In this document: positions 20,198-29,150 of the stretch, piece by piece
Layout of the letters: each line of letters begins with the position of its first letter
Numbering within the stretch: the first letter of the stretch is position 1
Virus record (IMG/VR): IMGVR_UViG_3300009103_000004
Location: 1 to 64,000 of that record
Strand: one strand, 5' to 3'
Length of the DNA: 64,000 nucleotides
From: a virus
The notes under the pieces: model-generated
Told to the model about the DNA's origin: nothing
The model's input: the letters and a program-made list of their open reading frames with translations, nothing else
Databases searched by the model: none
Translations under genes and position numbers: made by a program

Positions 20198-20761
20198 TTA
20201 ATACCCCGATGTTTCGTCTATAAGGCTCATCACCTTGTCGACTTGTGAGGCCAACCCTTGGATCTGGCCTTCTAAATTAAATACTTGTTGTGCTAGTTTT
20301 TGATTTTGTGCCTGAGATTGTTGCAGTGCCTGTGCCAGTTGTTCCACCCCAGCGTAAAGCTCTTGTACTTCTGGAGAAGGTCCTTGTTGCGGAGGTTGAC
20401 CGCCTTGTTGAGGTGGGGGCTGACCACCTGGAGGAGCACCGCCACCAGCTTGCATCTCCTGTTGTACCATTTGCATCAGCTGGTTGGGGTCAACTTGAAG
20501 TTGTTGAGCAACCTGTTGTGCCATGTTAGGATCCTGCATTAATTGATTAGGATCCACACCCATCTGACCCAGAGCATCCAGTACACCTCCACCGCCACCA
20601 CCTTGAGGAGGAGGTTGCCCACCTGGTGGTGGCTGACCACCCTGCGGGGGCGGTTGACCACCACCGCCCTGTTGTTGCGGGTCGGGCATTGGGGAAAAAG
20701 CTGATTTGTTTAGCTGTTCTTTTAATTCAGCAATTGCATCGATAGTTTTAGATAGACTCAT
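20198..20761 (-). CDS. Gln/Pro/Gly-rich coiled-coil protein
   Basis: LNKSA motif, GGQPPP repeats, C-terminal coiled coil. Confidence 0.55.
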   Translation of the reverse strand: MSLSKTIDAIAELKEQLNKSAFSPMPDPQQQGGGGQPPPQGGQPPPGGQPPPQGGGGGGVLDALGQMGVDPNQLMQDPNMAQQVAQQLQVDPNQLMQMVQQEMQAGGGAPPGGQPPPQQGGQPPQQGPSPEVQELYAGVEQLAQALQQSQAQNQKLAQQVFNLEGQIQGLASQVDKVMSLIDETSGY

Positions 20762-20807
20762 AACTAATTTTTCAGTTTACAAAAAAAAATTTATTTTACC
20801 AAGCTTT

Positions 20808-23800
20808 TTATACAATGTTTACTTCGTCATTCAAATTTATATGTCCTGCACGTATAGCTTTTAACGCATCCGCTTTACTCCTAAAAGTAAAGGGCGTGCC
20901 ACCTTTGGATTTCTGCGAAGAATATAACCCCAGTATAAATTCATGTTTTGGTTTAGGCACAATATCATTTCTCTTCTTAATTGAGAATAACATTTTAGAT
21001 GGTAAAAGTTTGTTCTTAGCATCGTCCACCGCTTCGGGTAATGCAGGTAACTGTATATTCATAGCATCCCCATCAAAGTCTGCATTGTGACCTGTAGTTA
21101 CTAACGGGGATATCATAATAGTATTACCCTCAATTAGCTTAGGGTAACCAGCAGTAATATTATATTTATGCCAAGCTGGAGACCGTGAGTATATGACTGG
21201 TCGATCCTTAGATTCTAACTTCATAGCATGCTCTGCATGAGGGGCCCTGTCCCTAATAGCTATAACAGCATCTGCAGCACTTCTTCCAGACCTAACCAAC
21301 CTGCGCTGAATGTAAGGAGCGTATAGCTTCCACGCCATCTCCTTTGGTATCCCTATTTCATCTAGGTCAAGTTCTGGGTCTACGCCAATAACTCCTCTGC
21401 CAGAAGAGTCTACTGGTTTAGATATCAACCTACGTTGAAAAAAACTAAACTTAGCTTGGTTACCAACTAGTTTTTTTAGAAACCCCGAAACTCCTCTGGA
21501 TTTAGTCTTTGGTTGTACGGGGTCGCCAAACCCGTAAACGGCTTTGACTGCGTCATAAACATTTAATCTGCTGTCACCTACAGCTTCATCTCCCAACTCG
21601 TCTCTCAAGTCACGATACGAATCCCTTACCTCGAACAAATCTTTGTACAGTTCGTTAGCATCTCCTGGGACAAAAGAATCACCTATGATGTTAAACGGCC
21701 TAAACTTAGGAGGAATAACAGGAACTCTTGTTATCAAATAATCCGAAGGTGCTATATTATTTTTGCGCATCCCATGGGCGTAACGCATAAGTTTAATAGA
21801 TGGGCCGCGAGCAGATTTCTTTTTGCTGTCCAAGCCCTCCTTAGACATTTTCTCAACATCATTTACAGAGAAGGTTCTTAGTGCAGCGGCTAGTGAATCA
21901 GGCCCAGTATGCTTCATCTGGGAAACATCTGCAGTGCTGGCTGCTTTATCAATATACTCTGGTGGTATGCCACCACTGGGGGTTATAATTTGAGCGTGTG
22001 GCACATTGCTCGCATAACGAGCACCATCCGGTTCATCGTAATGCTTCCATAATTCTTCAGGAGTTTTTGAAATATACTTTCTAACATCCTCAATACCTAT
22101 ATCCTTGTGTCTCTCATCACCTTGATGCTCAGGACCCTCAGGGTCATAAGGAACTAACTCAGACCCAACTATACGTGTGCCCGGGTGATCCTTTAGTAAT
22201 TTACTTAAGTTTATTCTGATCAATTCAGATTTAAGTTTTTTAATTGGATGCGCATCAGTTATCTTACTAGAATCGGGATCTCCGAATAGTACGCTTGGTC
22301 CCTGCAGCGATGTTCCCCAAAACTCATCCTTAAGTTCCTCACTCACTCTAGCTTTAAAATCTTCTTCCGATTCTTCCCAATCTGTCCCAGCCCTGTTGGC
22401 TAGCACTGCCTTTAGCACCTCTTTGTTATCCAGCAAAGACTTGGAAGACAACAGGCCATGCTTATTTACTAAATCCGTAGATCCTCCTGGAATTGCACTT
22501 GTGACATATACGTCGGCCTCAGTGCTGGATTTCTTAACAAACTTAGCTATCCTATCAATTAAGCTCTGTGGAAGCTCTTCCTTACCAGATAATATATTTC
22601 TATACTGCTTTTCGGTAAGCCCCAGTATTTTTCTTACCGGCTCCTCGAATGCTGGGTTTGGAACTTCAAATGGTAATCTCACAAAGCCATACTTGTTTGT
22701 GTTTGATAAGGAGTCATCAAACAAACCACCTTTAACCGGTACTACAGCGCCCTTGGACAACTGACGCATCTCAAGCAAACCAGGGTTGTTTACCTCTACA
22801 GGGTCTAGTTCCGTAAGAACTTTCTCGGTCATTGGTCCGAGTCTCATGTCGCCCTTTTTATTTATCTGCCTAGCGTGATACCCAGATCCCTGAAGCAAAG
22901 TTTTAAATTTATTATATACCAGCGGAGTATCAGGCATCTTTGGATCGTACCCGCTCCTTAGCTGTTGCCAGTAGTCATCGTTCTTTGCTCCACGCAATAA
23001 TGACATGTCTTTCAACATGCCGTAAGCGCCAGATGATAACAGCCCATGGGTTTCAAGCCCACTTAACCGCTTGCTCTGAGCTAATTCATCCCCGCCCTTA
23101 AGTGGTTGCTCGTTAATATCATACGCTCCTTGGTTTCTAGCTGAGAACCCCTTAGTAGCAGTGTGGTGAAGCTTTAGAACGTAAGCGTCACCAACAGTTG
23201 CAGGCTTTTGTAATTTCTTATCACTTTGCGGGTCAAAGATTTCCTCCACATCAGAAATCCCATGCTTATCCAACTCACCCTTAACATAACTAAACCACTT
23301 GTTTCCCGGCTGTGTAAAAGCATTTAACTTGTAAGGCTTTCCCGTAGCTTTTGCAGCTTTACCCAACAGTAACTCGTAAATCATAGAGTTATTAACACGT
23401 GACGGTATCCCAAGAGGGTTAAGTAAAAGCTCAAGCGGCTTACCATTAACAGTTCTGGGCATATGGTCGTTTGGTATTATTTTACTTATCGTTCCCTTTT
23501 GACCTGATCTAAAAACAACCTTGTCACCAGGCATGGCTGGCTCATCAGAGCGTACTGTAACCTTAACCCCACTCCGAGTTCTTACAACATCTGTAACCAC
23601 CCCGGGAGTTTCGTGCTCCCAAACTAAAGAGGCATCATTCCTGGCATTCTTCATATACGATGAGAGCTTACCAAGTTTTTGTGATGAGGAAGAAACTACA
23701 CGAGGCTTACTAGCAAGTGCAACTGGATCACCAGGTTCCAGAGTTTGGCCCGGAAGAACCACACCGTTATCATCTAATTTATCTAACTGTGATATAACAA

Positions 23801-24482
23801 ATTTCTTTGGGAAAAGACTTACGTAGTGGTTCTTACCACCCTTTACACCACGCTTATATTCCAAATCGTCAGCATACATATGCTCGCTGGTAAGACGTTT
23901 TGCAAAATCTTCAGATACCACAATAGCGTCTTCCATTGAGTGACCCTTGTAAGGTAAGAGTCCAACTCTAGCATTGAGGCCAAGCGCCAGCGTTCCCCTA
24001 TCGTCTGTGTAGTTTGATTTGGCTAATAAATCTCCAGACTTAACAACGTCACCCTTTCTTACTATAGGAGTGTTGTGTAGGCTGGTTTTTCTATTGAAGG
24101 GAAAGTTATGATAGAGTGGCTTCTTGATAAGCTCGCCATCTTCAGACTTTATAGTTATGCTCTTTTTGTTAACATTTTGAACCACACCGTTCTTGTCTGA
24201 GAACATAGCGCCTGCATTACGCCCAAGCGTTTCGTCAAAGCTTTCTCCGTTATCGCTAAGCTCGTTTATATTTTGAATGAGTGGAGCTTCAGGATTTGAA
24301 AGAGGCAAAGCCTGATTAAAATACTTAGACCCGTAAAAGAGTCTAGAGCCATGAACTGAAGATTGAAGTGGTATTAGATTTAGATGACTACCGAAGAATT
24401 GGTTTGTGGACGGCAGCTCATAATCTACTTCCTTATTATCAACCTTAGTTATAACATCATTCTTAATTGCATGTCTCATCAT
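20808..24482 (-). CDS. Phage RNA polymerase fused beta C-terminal / beta' N-terminal subunit (catalytic)
   Basis: Beta motifs: EDAIVVSE, PGDKVVFRSGQKGTISKI, LLNPLGIPSR, YVLKLHH, KRLSGLE. Beta' motifs: GGLFD, VPVIPPKFRP, KPVDSSGRGVI, RSPAWHK, NADFDGD (21066-21086). Confidence 0.93.
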   Translation of the reverse strand: MMRHAIKNDVITKVDNKEVDYELPSTNQFFGSHLNLIPLQSSVHGSRLFYGSKYFNQALPLSNPEAPLIQNINELSDNGESFDETLGRNAGAMFSDKNGVVQNVNKKSITIKSEDGELIKKPLYHNFPFNRKTSLHNTPIVRKGDVVKSGDLLAKSNYTDDRGTLALGLNARVGLLPYKGHSMEDAIVVSEDFAKRLTSEHMYADDLEYKRGVKGGKNHYVSLFPKKFVISQLDKLDDNGVVLPGQTLEPGDPVALASKPRVVSSSSQKLGKLSSYMKNARNDASLVWEHETPGVVTDVVRTRSGVKVTVRSDEPAMPGDKVVFRSGQKGTISKIIPNDHMPRTVNGKPLELLLNPLGIPSRVNNSMIYELLLGKAAKATGKPYKLNAFTQPGNKWFSYVKGELDKHGISDVEEIFDPQSDKKLQKPATVGDAYVLKLHHTATKGFSARNQGAYDINEQPLKGGDELAQSKRLSGLETHGLLSSGAYGMLKDMSLLRGAKNDDYWQQLRSGYDPKMPDTPLVYNKFKTLLQGSGYHARQINKKGDMRLGPMTEKVLTELDPVEVNNPGLLEMRQLSKGAVVPVKGGLFDDSLSNTNKYGFVRLPFEVPNPAFEEPVRKILGLTEKQYRNILSGKEELPQSLIDRIAKFVKKSSTEADVYVTSAIPGGSTDLVNKHGLLSSKSLLDNKEVLKAVLANRAGTDWEESEEDFKARVSEELKDEFWGTSLQGPSVLFGDPDSSKITDAHPIKKLKSELIRINLSKLLKDHPGTRIVGSELVPYDPEGPEHQGDERHKDIGIEDVRKYISKTPEELWKHYDEPDGARYASNVPHAQIITPSGGIPPEYIDKAASTADVSQMKHTGPDSLAAALRTFSVNDVEKMSKEGLDSKKKSARGPSIKLMRYAHGMRKNNIAPSDYLITRVPVIPPKFRPFNIIGDSFVPGDANELYKDLFEVRDSYRDLRDELGDEAVGDSRLNVYDAVKAVYGFGDPVQPKTKSRGVSGFLKKLVGNQAKFSFFQRRLISKPVDSSGRGVIGVDPELDLDEIGIPKEMAWKLYAPYIQRRLVRSGRSAADAVIAIRDRAPHAEHAMKLESKDRPVIYSRSPAWHKYNITAGYPKLIEGNTIMISPLVTTGHNADFDGDAMNIQLPALPEAVDDAKNKLLPSKMLFSIKKRNDIVPKPKHEFILGLYSSQKSKGGTPFTFRSKADALKAIRAGHINLNDEVNIV

Positions 24483-26050
24483 GCTTTAGCCTTCGTAGGC
24501 TTGTTTTCCAACGCTAGTTGTTCTTCTCCGCCAGGGATTGCTTTCTTGGGTTTTTTCTTCGGATCTTTAAATAACATATTCCTGCTTAAGTTGGTGTAAA
24601 ACCTGTCTCGCACTTCGCCCTCTGGTATCTCAACAGTCATCACTCCAGGCTTTGCTTTGTTAGGCTTCTTTAATGCATTGTAAAGGTACGCTCCCAGTAA
24701 GGAACCACCTAGGGCAGATGTAACACCCCAAGCAGTCTTTGGATTTTCGCCAAACCAATCCTTTGTATCCTTCCACCAGTTGCCTTTCAATCTTTCCTTC
24801 TCTGCAGCCAAACGAGCTTTAGCGGCATCTAGATTAGTAGCCGCATGCTCGCCGGCCTCGTCAGTGTACTTCTGCATGCTTTCTGCTAGACTTCCAGCAT
24901 CCGCTGATAAATTTTGCATCCCCATGGTTCCCAACAAACCCAGCTGCTTGTATGTCCAGCCAGATCTATTAAGTGCTCCCAGTAAACTTTGCCTATCCTT
25001 TGCTTCCGAAACAAACCTGTTCTTAAACATCTTACTGCCAGCAGAGCCACCAGTTAGTGTACCGAGAAGGAGGTTGATTTTATGGATGGCGGGATCTGCA
25101 TCAGGAATGATGTACTCATTCTCCGCTGCTGCAGTACCAAACCCACCACCAGCTCCACCAAGCCTATGGAGTGCTCCAGAATCACGCAGCCTACCAGCGC
25201 CGCTAGCTAAGGCCTCTGCCCTAGGTGCTCCAAAGATACGTTGTAACAGTCTCACGAGTTTACCTGGGTCCCTTGTGGATTCCTTTACGTGAGCCTTCTT
25301 ACTACGTGGCTTGTTAGGATCTTCAGAGTACATAGTACCCATCTCGTCATCTATAATATTAGGGTATAACCCAAAGTGATCTGGGCCCGGTCCGCGCATC
25401 AACAAACCACTGGTGGGCTTGCCTCGCCGCTTAAAGTAATCTTCGTCCATCTCCTGACCAACAATATCCCTGCCAGGAACTCGATCTGAACCAAATCCGA
25501 AATGGTACCATGGCCTTGGTTTTGAATACCTCTCAACCAAAGCCAGTAGTTTTGATCGCAAATCTTTGGATCTGGTGCTTAACTTTTCTTTTTCCTTCTT
25601 TGCAGCGGCCTTAGTTATCTGTGTCTCAACGCCATCAATATTTTTGGCTAATTCAATAGATGGCTTGTTAGTATGAGAGATTAAAGCTTTAACAACATCC
25701 ACACCTGCAGCTTTTTCAGAAAGTATTTTTGTTATAGCTTCCTTAGCAAACCCCCTACGCCTATGTTCGGGCAATATACCTATACTGTAGTACCCAACCT
25801 TATCCATCCCCTCTTCACGCTCTTGCCACCCCACAAAGCCCACGGGTACGTGACTTGCACTTTTTCTAACTAAATATAACCCGCCATCAAAATGTTTGGA
25901 GGTAAGACCATTTGGCCAGTGCGAAGGGTTCTCATTATAGATGTTGCTCATAATTTCCTCTGCCTCGGAAAAAGCAGAGGCCGTTTTTACTAAAGACCCG
26001 TAATGCATAATATTAAAAGTTAAGGTATTATCTAGAAGCAACCCCCGCAT
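24479..26050 (-). CDS. GNAT acetyltransferase domain fused to Gly-rich membrane-type region
   Basis: VGFVG...YSIGILPEHRRRGFAKEA (acetyl-CoA motif A) and NKPSIELA (motif B); probable start at MHYGSLVKTA (~26008). Confidence 0.7.
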   Translation of the reverse strand: MRGLLLDNTLTFNIMHYGSLVKTASAFSEAEEIMSNIYNENPSHWPNGLTSKHFDGGLYLVRKSASHVPVGFVGWQEREEGMDKVGYYSIGILPEHRRRGFAKEAITKILSEKAAGVDVVKALISHTNKPSIELAKNIDGVETQITKAAAKKEKEKLSTRSKDLRSKLLALVERYSKPRPWYHFGFGSDRVPGRDIVGQEMDEDYFKRRGKPTSGLLMRGPGPDHFGLYPNIIDDEMGTMYSEDPNKPRSKKAHVKESTRDPGKLVRLLQRIFGAPRAEALASGAGRLRDSGALHRLGGAGGGFGTAAAENEYIIPDADPAIHKINLLLGTLTGGSAGSKMFKNRFVSEAKDRQSLLGALNRSGWTYKQLGLLGTMGMQNLSADAGSLAESMQKYTDEAGEHAATNLDAAKARLAAEKERLKGNWWKDTKDWFGENPKTAWGVTSALGGSLLGAYLYNALKKPNKAKPGVMTVEIPEGEVRDRFYTNLSRNMLFKDPKKKPKKAIPGGEEQLALENKPTKAKA

Positions 26051-26079
26051 GTCAACGGATATATAATTAGCTAATAGCT

Positions 26080-26104
26080 AAAAAAAGGGCCCCCTGAGGG
26101 GCCC
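26080..26104 (-). terminator. Rho-independent terminator
   Basis: GGGCCCC/GGGGCCC hairpin followed by T7 on the minus strand. Confidence 0.75.
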
Positions 26105-26133
26105 ACACATAAATAAGTTAATAGAGTTAACCG

Positions 26134-26748
26134 TTATGTTTTTTTCTTAAGATAAGCAGGATGTCGCTCAAAACGTGATAGAAGCGTACCCTCATAAGAA
26201 GATCCACCATCACGTCCGTCAAGCTGAAGTTTACTACCGAAGAATGATTCGAGTTCTTCATCGTGTCCTTCCCTTATTACGGTAAATCGCGGAATTCGGC
26301 TGTTGTTCCAATCAAAAAACAATATCTTTGTTGGGACATGCCTTATTCTGCAATTATATATATTTTTGTCCGTTCTTATTTCAAACATAAGAAGCATGGA
26401 CACCTGAGCGTCTATCTTGTGCCCAAGCTGTTTACAGTCAGCCCAGGTTTTCGAATAACGCCCAGTTTCATCAGTGCCAAGATTTTGTGCTTGGACGACA
26501 TACCTATCTGTTGCATGGAACCACTCTACAAGAATGGATCCGCAGGCGTAAACGCCATCTCGTTTAGACTCAAGCGGGTAGCTATGTCTATACTTGAAAG
26601 CGCCACGTTCTTCTGAAATAAGCGAGCTTATTAAACGTTTTTTAGGATTAAGGAGCTGGTATGAAAACATACGGTGTGCTCCTGTCCTAGATTGTTTATT
26701 ACCAGTATCACTTGTTGTTTTTATATTATTATATTTGAAGCTGCTCAT
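26134..26748 (-). CDS. Hypothetical protein
   Basis: 204 aa ORF with GGGGG RBS-like sequence, ending before the terminator. Confidence 0.5.
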   Translation of the reverse strand: MSSFKYNNIKTTSDTGNKQSRTGAHRMFSYQLLNPKKRLISSLISEERGAFKYRHSYPLESKRDGVYACGSILVEWFHATDRYVVQAQNLGTDETGRYSKTWADCKQLGHKIDAQVSMLLMFEIRTDKNIYNCRIRHVPTKILFFDWNNSRIPRFTVIREGHDEELESFFGSKLQLDGRDGGSSYEGTLLSRFERHPAYLKKKT

Positions 26749-26759
26749 GGTCCCCCTAA

Positions 26760-27026
26760 CTATTTGTTGTTTACATCATCGATTAACTCTTTGCTCAATA
26801 TGAGTACCTCTTGTTTGAGACAGTAGCCTCTACTAGGGTGCTCACAAAGAACCTCTTCTGTGCCCGTCTTACGAGCAACCCAGACCTCACGTTCGCTATC
26901 ATAGCGAACGTTTGAGGCCCGAGAAATATCGGGTGCGCCCAACAAGGGGCGCAACCCGTTTAAATTATCGTTGTAAATGGCGACCACTCTAGAAGCGTCA
27001 CCACTTATTGCTAATGCATTACCCAT
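26760..27026 (-). CDS. Small conserved partner of the Ycf46/DUF1257/DUF2997 module
   Basis: Likely start MGNAL at 27026; IYND...ISRASNVRYD...W pattern recalled from genes accompanying this module. Confidence 0.5.
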   Translation of the reverse strand: MGNALAISGDASRVVAIYNDNLNGLRPLLGAPDISRASNVRYDSEREVWVARKTGTEEVLCEHPSRGYCLKQEVLILSKELIDDVNNK

Positions 27027-27237
27027 CTTCCTGAACCTCAACATTTTCCTCCATTGGAGGAAGTTCTTCAGTTTCATGGAATCTTTCCGTGTATGCAAAT
27101 GAACCTTCGTCTTGCAACGCCATGGGGCCAAATATTCCTTCCCAAGTGGAAGCACATTGAGTTGAGTCTGCCGTACAAGCATCGTCAACCTTGAACCCAT
27201 TACCATCACCGTTTATAGTCATCTTTATTCCTGCCAT
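27019..27237 (-). CDS. DUF2997-like small protein
   Basis: 72 aa, IKMTINGDG...C pattern; position downstream of the DUF1257-like gene. Confidence 0.45.
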   Translation of the reverse strand: MAGIKMTINGDGNGFKVDDACTADSTQCASTWEGIFGPMALQDEGSFAYTERFHETEELPPMEENVEVQEDG

Positions 27238-27248
27238 TTTATTCCCTC

Positions 27249-27767
27249 CTATAACATTAACGCGGTTGGATCTTCTAACGTAGACAGCAGCAAATCAGAC
27301 TGACCCTTGAGATCTTCAACAGTCATTGGATTGCCGTCAGTGTCAGTTACATATTTCCTCATGAACTCGTCAAAACCGTAACCCTGAATTATAGAGTTAT
27401 GAGCAGTTCTTACGCTTTCAATGATTACTTCTTTCTTCAACGCAACAGCACCTTTACCGAACTCGTTCTCTACAGATCCCTGATAGGAGTCGTAGACAAG
27501 TTCAGCATTCTGCCCTTCGTTAGTAACCTCAACGCCTATATCGTAAGCATTGTGTTCTGTTGACGGATTAACTAGAACCATAGGATACACAGTAGTGTTC
27601 TCATTTCCATGAGCCCGAACCATTACTGGGTCCAATCCGTTCTTTGCTCGCTCCTCATTATTTACCATCTCCCAACCGTGACGGTTGAGAACATTTTGAA
27701 GAGCAGTTCGAACATTATCGTGGTTAGCGGCAATGTTCACACTTTGATATGTTGATGTGAATGACAT
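27249..27767 (-). CDS. DUF1257/Ycf35-like protein
   Basis: MSF...ALQNV..GW...YDIGV...ELVYDSY...LKKE pattern; synteny with the AAA+ ATPase. Confidence 0.5.
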   Translation of the reverse strand: MSFTSTYQSVNIAANHDNVRTALQNVLNRHGWEMVNNEERAKNGLDPVMVRAHGNENTTVYPMVLVNPSTEHNAYDIGVEVTNEGQNAELVYDSYQGSVENEFGKGAVALKKEVIIESVRTAHNSIIQGYGFDEFMRKYVTDTDGNPMTVEDLKGQSDLLLSTLEDPTALML

Positions 27768-27785
27768 TTATTTTTTATTTTATTT

Positions 27786-29150
27786 TTACATTATACCGAC
27801 GAAGAACTCACCGGACTCTGGATCCAGACTAGAATCATCTAACGCAAGTTCGACTATCCTGTCTATATTTTCGGAAAGCATCTGACGATCTTCTACATGT
27901 TCCAGATCAATATCTTCCATGTTCAAGCTGCGCCTGAATTCGGATATAGCCTGGTAGAACTCATCAGTACTATCAAATGAACCTAGTTCTCCAGTTAGGT
28001 CGTCTATAATTGAAGTTAACTGAGTTACAGAATTTTCAGTAACGCGAGCTGGGTCTACAACCCGCTTAGCACCACTATCTTTTCTTTCCTCAATTTCATC
28101 CTCAGTCATTAGCGTCCTATCTAGTCGAATCTTAAGTTTCGAAACCTTATCAGCAATCATGCTTCTGATTCCCTTCTGAATGTCAGATACTGTGTCCAGT
28201 GTCTTATTCCTCCAGGATTCTATTTCACGTTGACGAATTGTTTCTTTCTCATGATTCAGCTCATCAGCAGCGCGTATCCTGTCAGCTATTGCTCGGTAAG
28301 AAGTGTTACCCTGCATTACGCAGGACGGTACCTCTTGTGTACGAGTCCACTCACATTTAATACGCCTAGGATTTCTTAGCGATTCTCTTGTTGGGATAAA
28401 CCCTGTGATGACATCCACTAGATCTTCGGAGAACATTCTACGATACTCTGAAATTATTTCAGCTCGCAAAACATCATATCGCTCATACATATAATCTATG
28501 TAAGAAAGATACGTTACTGGAGCTTGGTTATTAAGCTCCCACTCATTTCTCTTATCCAGCTTCCCGTCTATTATAATCTGAGCCTGACTACAAATGTCTG
28601 TACCGGCATAGGTTTCATAATCAGCATCAACAATTCCACGAGCGGCGAGCAAAGATGCTTCAACCTCCTCGAACTTGTCGAACTTTATCATGTAACCAAA
28701 GCGGATGTCGGCATTCGATGAATAACGACTCAGCGTCGAACTGATATATGAACGTATGGACGCGCCAATCTTTTTGAACCACGTCGGGAAAACATCCATC
28801 TTCCCCAGTCGCAGCTTTTCATCCTGATAGCGCTCACGCATCTCTTCGGGAAGAAGCTCTGGCGATATAGTTGCTTCCATCGAAGCAGGGAACCTAACAC
28901 TATACTTGTATCCCATGTATGACTCATTTAACTTAGCATGCATACGCAATGCTTGGTCATAATCGGAATTGATATCCTGTGCAAGGTCACCAGTAATCCG
29001 GTCGAAAGCAACATCACCGCTCCCAACCTGCACAGCAGGCTGGGAGCTTACATCTTCAGAATGCTCACTAATATCAGACTCCGTTGTTGGAGTCTCATGA
29101 TTTTCAGTTGTCATTTTCTTTTTTCTTTTTGTTAATCTTTTCGTCGCCAA
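27786..29150 (-). CDS. Hypothetical helical protein (DUF3150-like position in the AAA module)
   Basis: 454 aa ORF between the AAA+ and DUF1257-like genes; start may be MTTEN at ~29114. Confidence 0.45.
   Translation of the reverse strand: MATKRLTKRKKKMTTENHETPTTESDISEHSEDVSSQPAVQVGSGDVAFDRITGDLAQDINSDYDQALRMHAKLNESYMGYKYSVRFPASMEATISPELLPEEMRERYQDEKLRLGKMDVFPTWFKKIGASIRSYISSTLSRYSSNADIRFGYMIKFDKFEEVEASLLAARGIVDADYETYAGTDICSQAQIIIDGKLDKRNEWELNNQAPVTYLSYIDYMYERYDVLRAEIISEYRRMFSEDLVDVITGFIPTRESLRNPRRIKCEWTRTQEVPSCVMQGNTSYRAIADRIRAADELNHEKETIRQREIESWRNKTLDTVSDIQKGIRSMIADKVSKLKIRLDRTLMTEDEIEERKDSGAKRVVDPARVTENSVTQLTSIIDDLTGELGSFDSTDEFYQAISEFRRSLNMEDIDLEHVEDRQMLSENIDRIVELALDDSSLDPESGEFFVGIM

Noticed and set aside
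21933-22535. Intein in the RNAP beta' region
   Set aside because: No N-terminal Cys/Ser block A pattern, no C-terminal His-Asn followed by Cys/Ser/Thr, and no LAGLIDADG motif.
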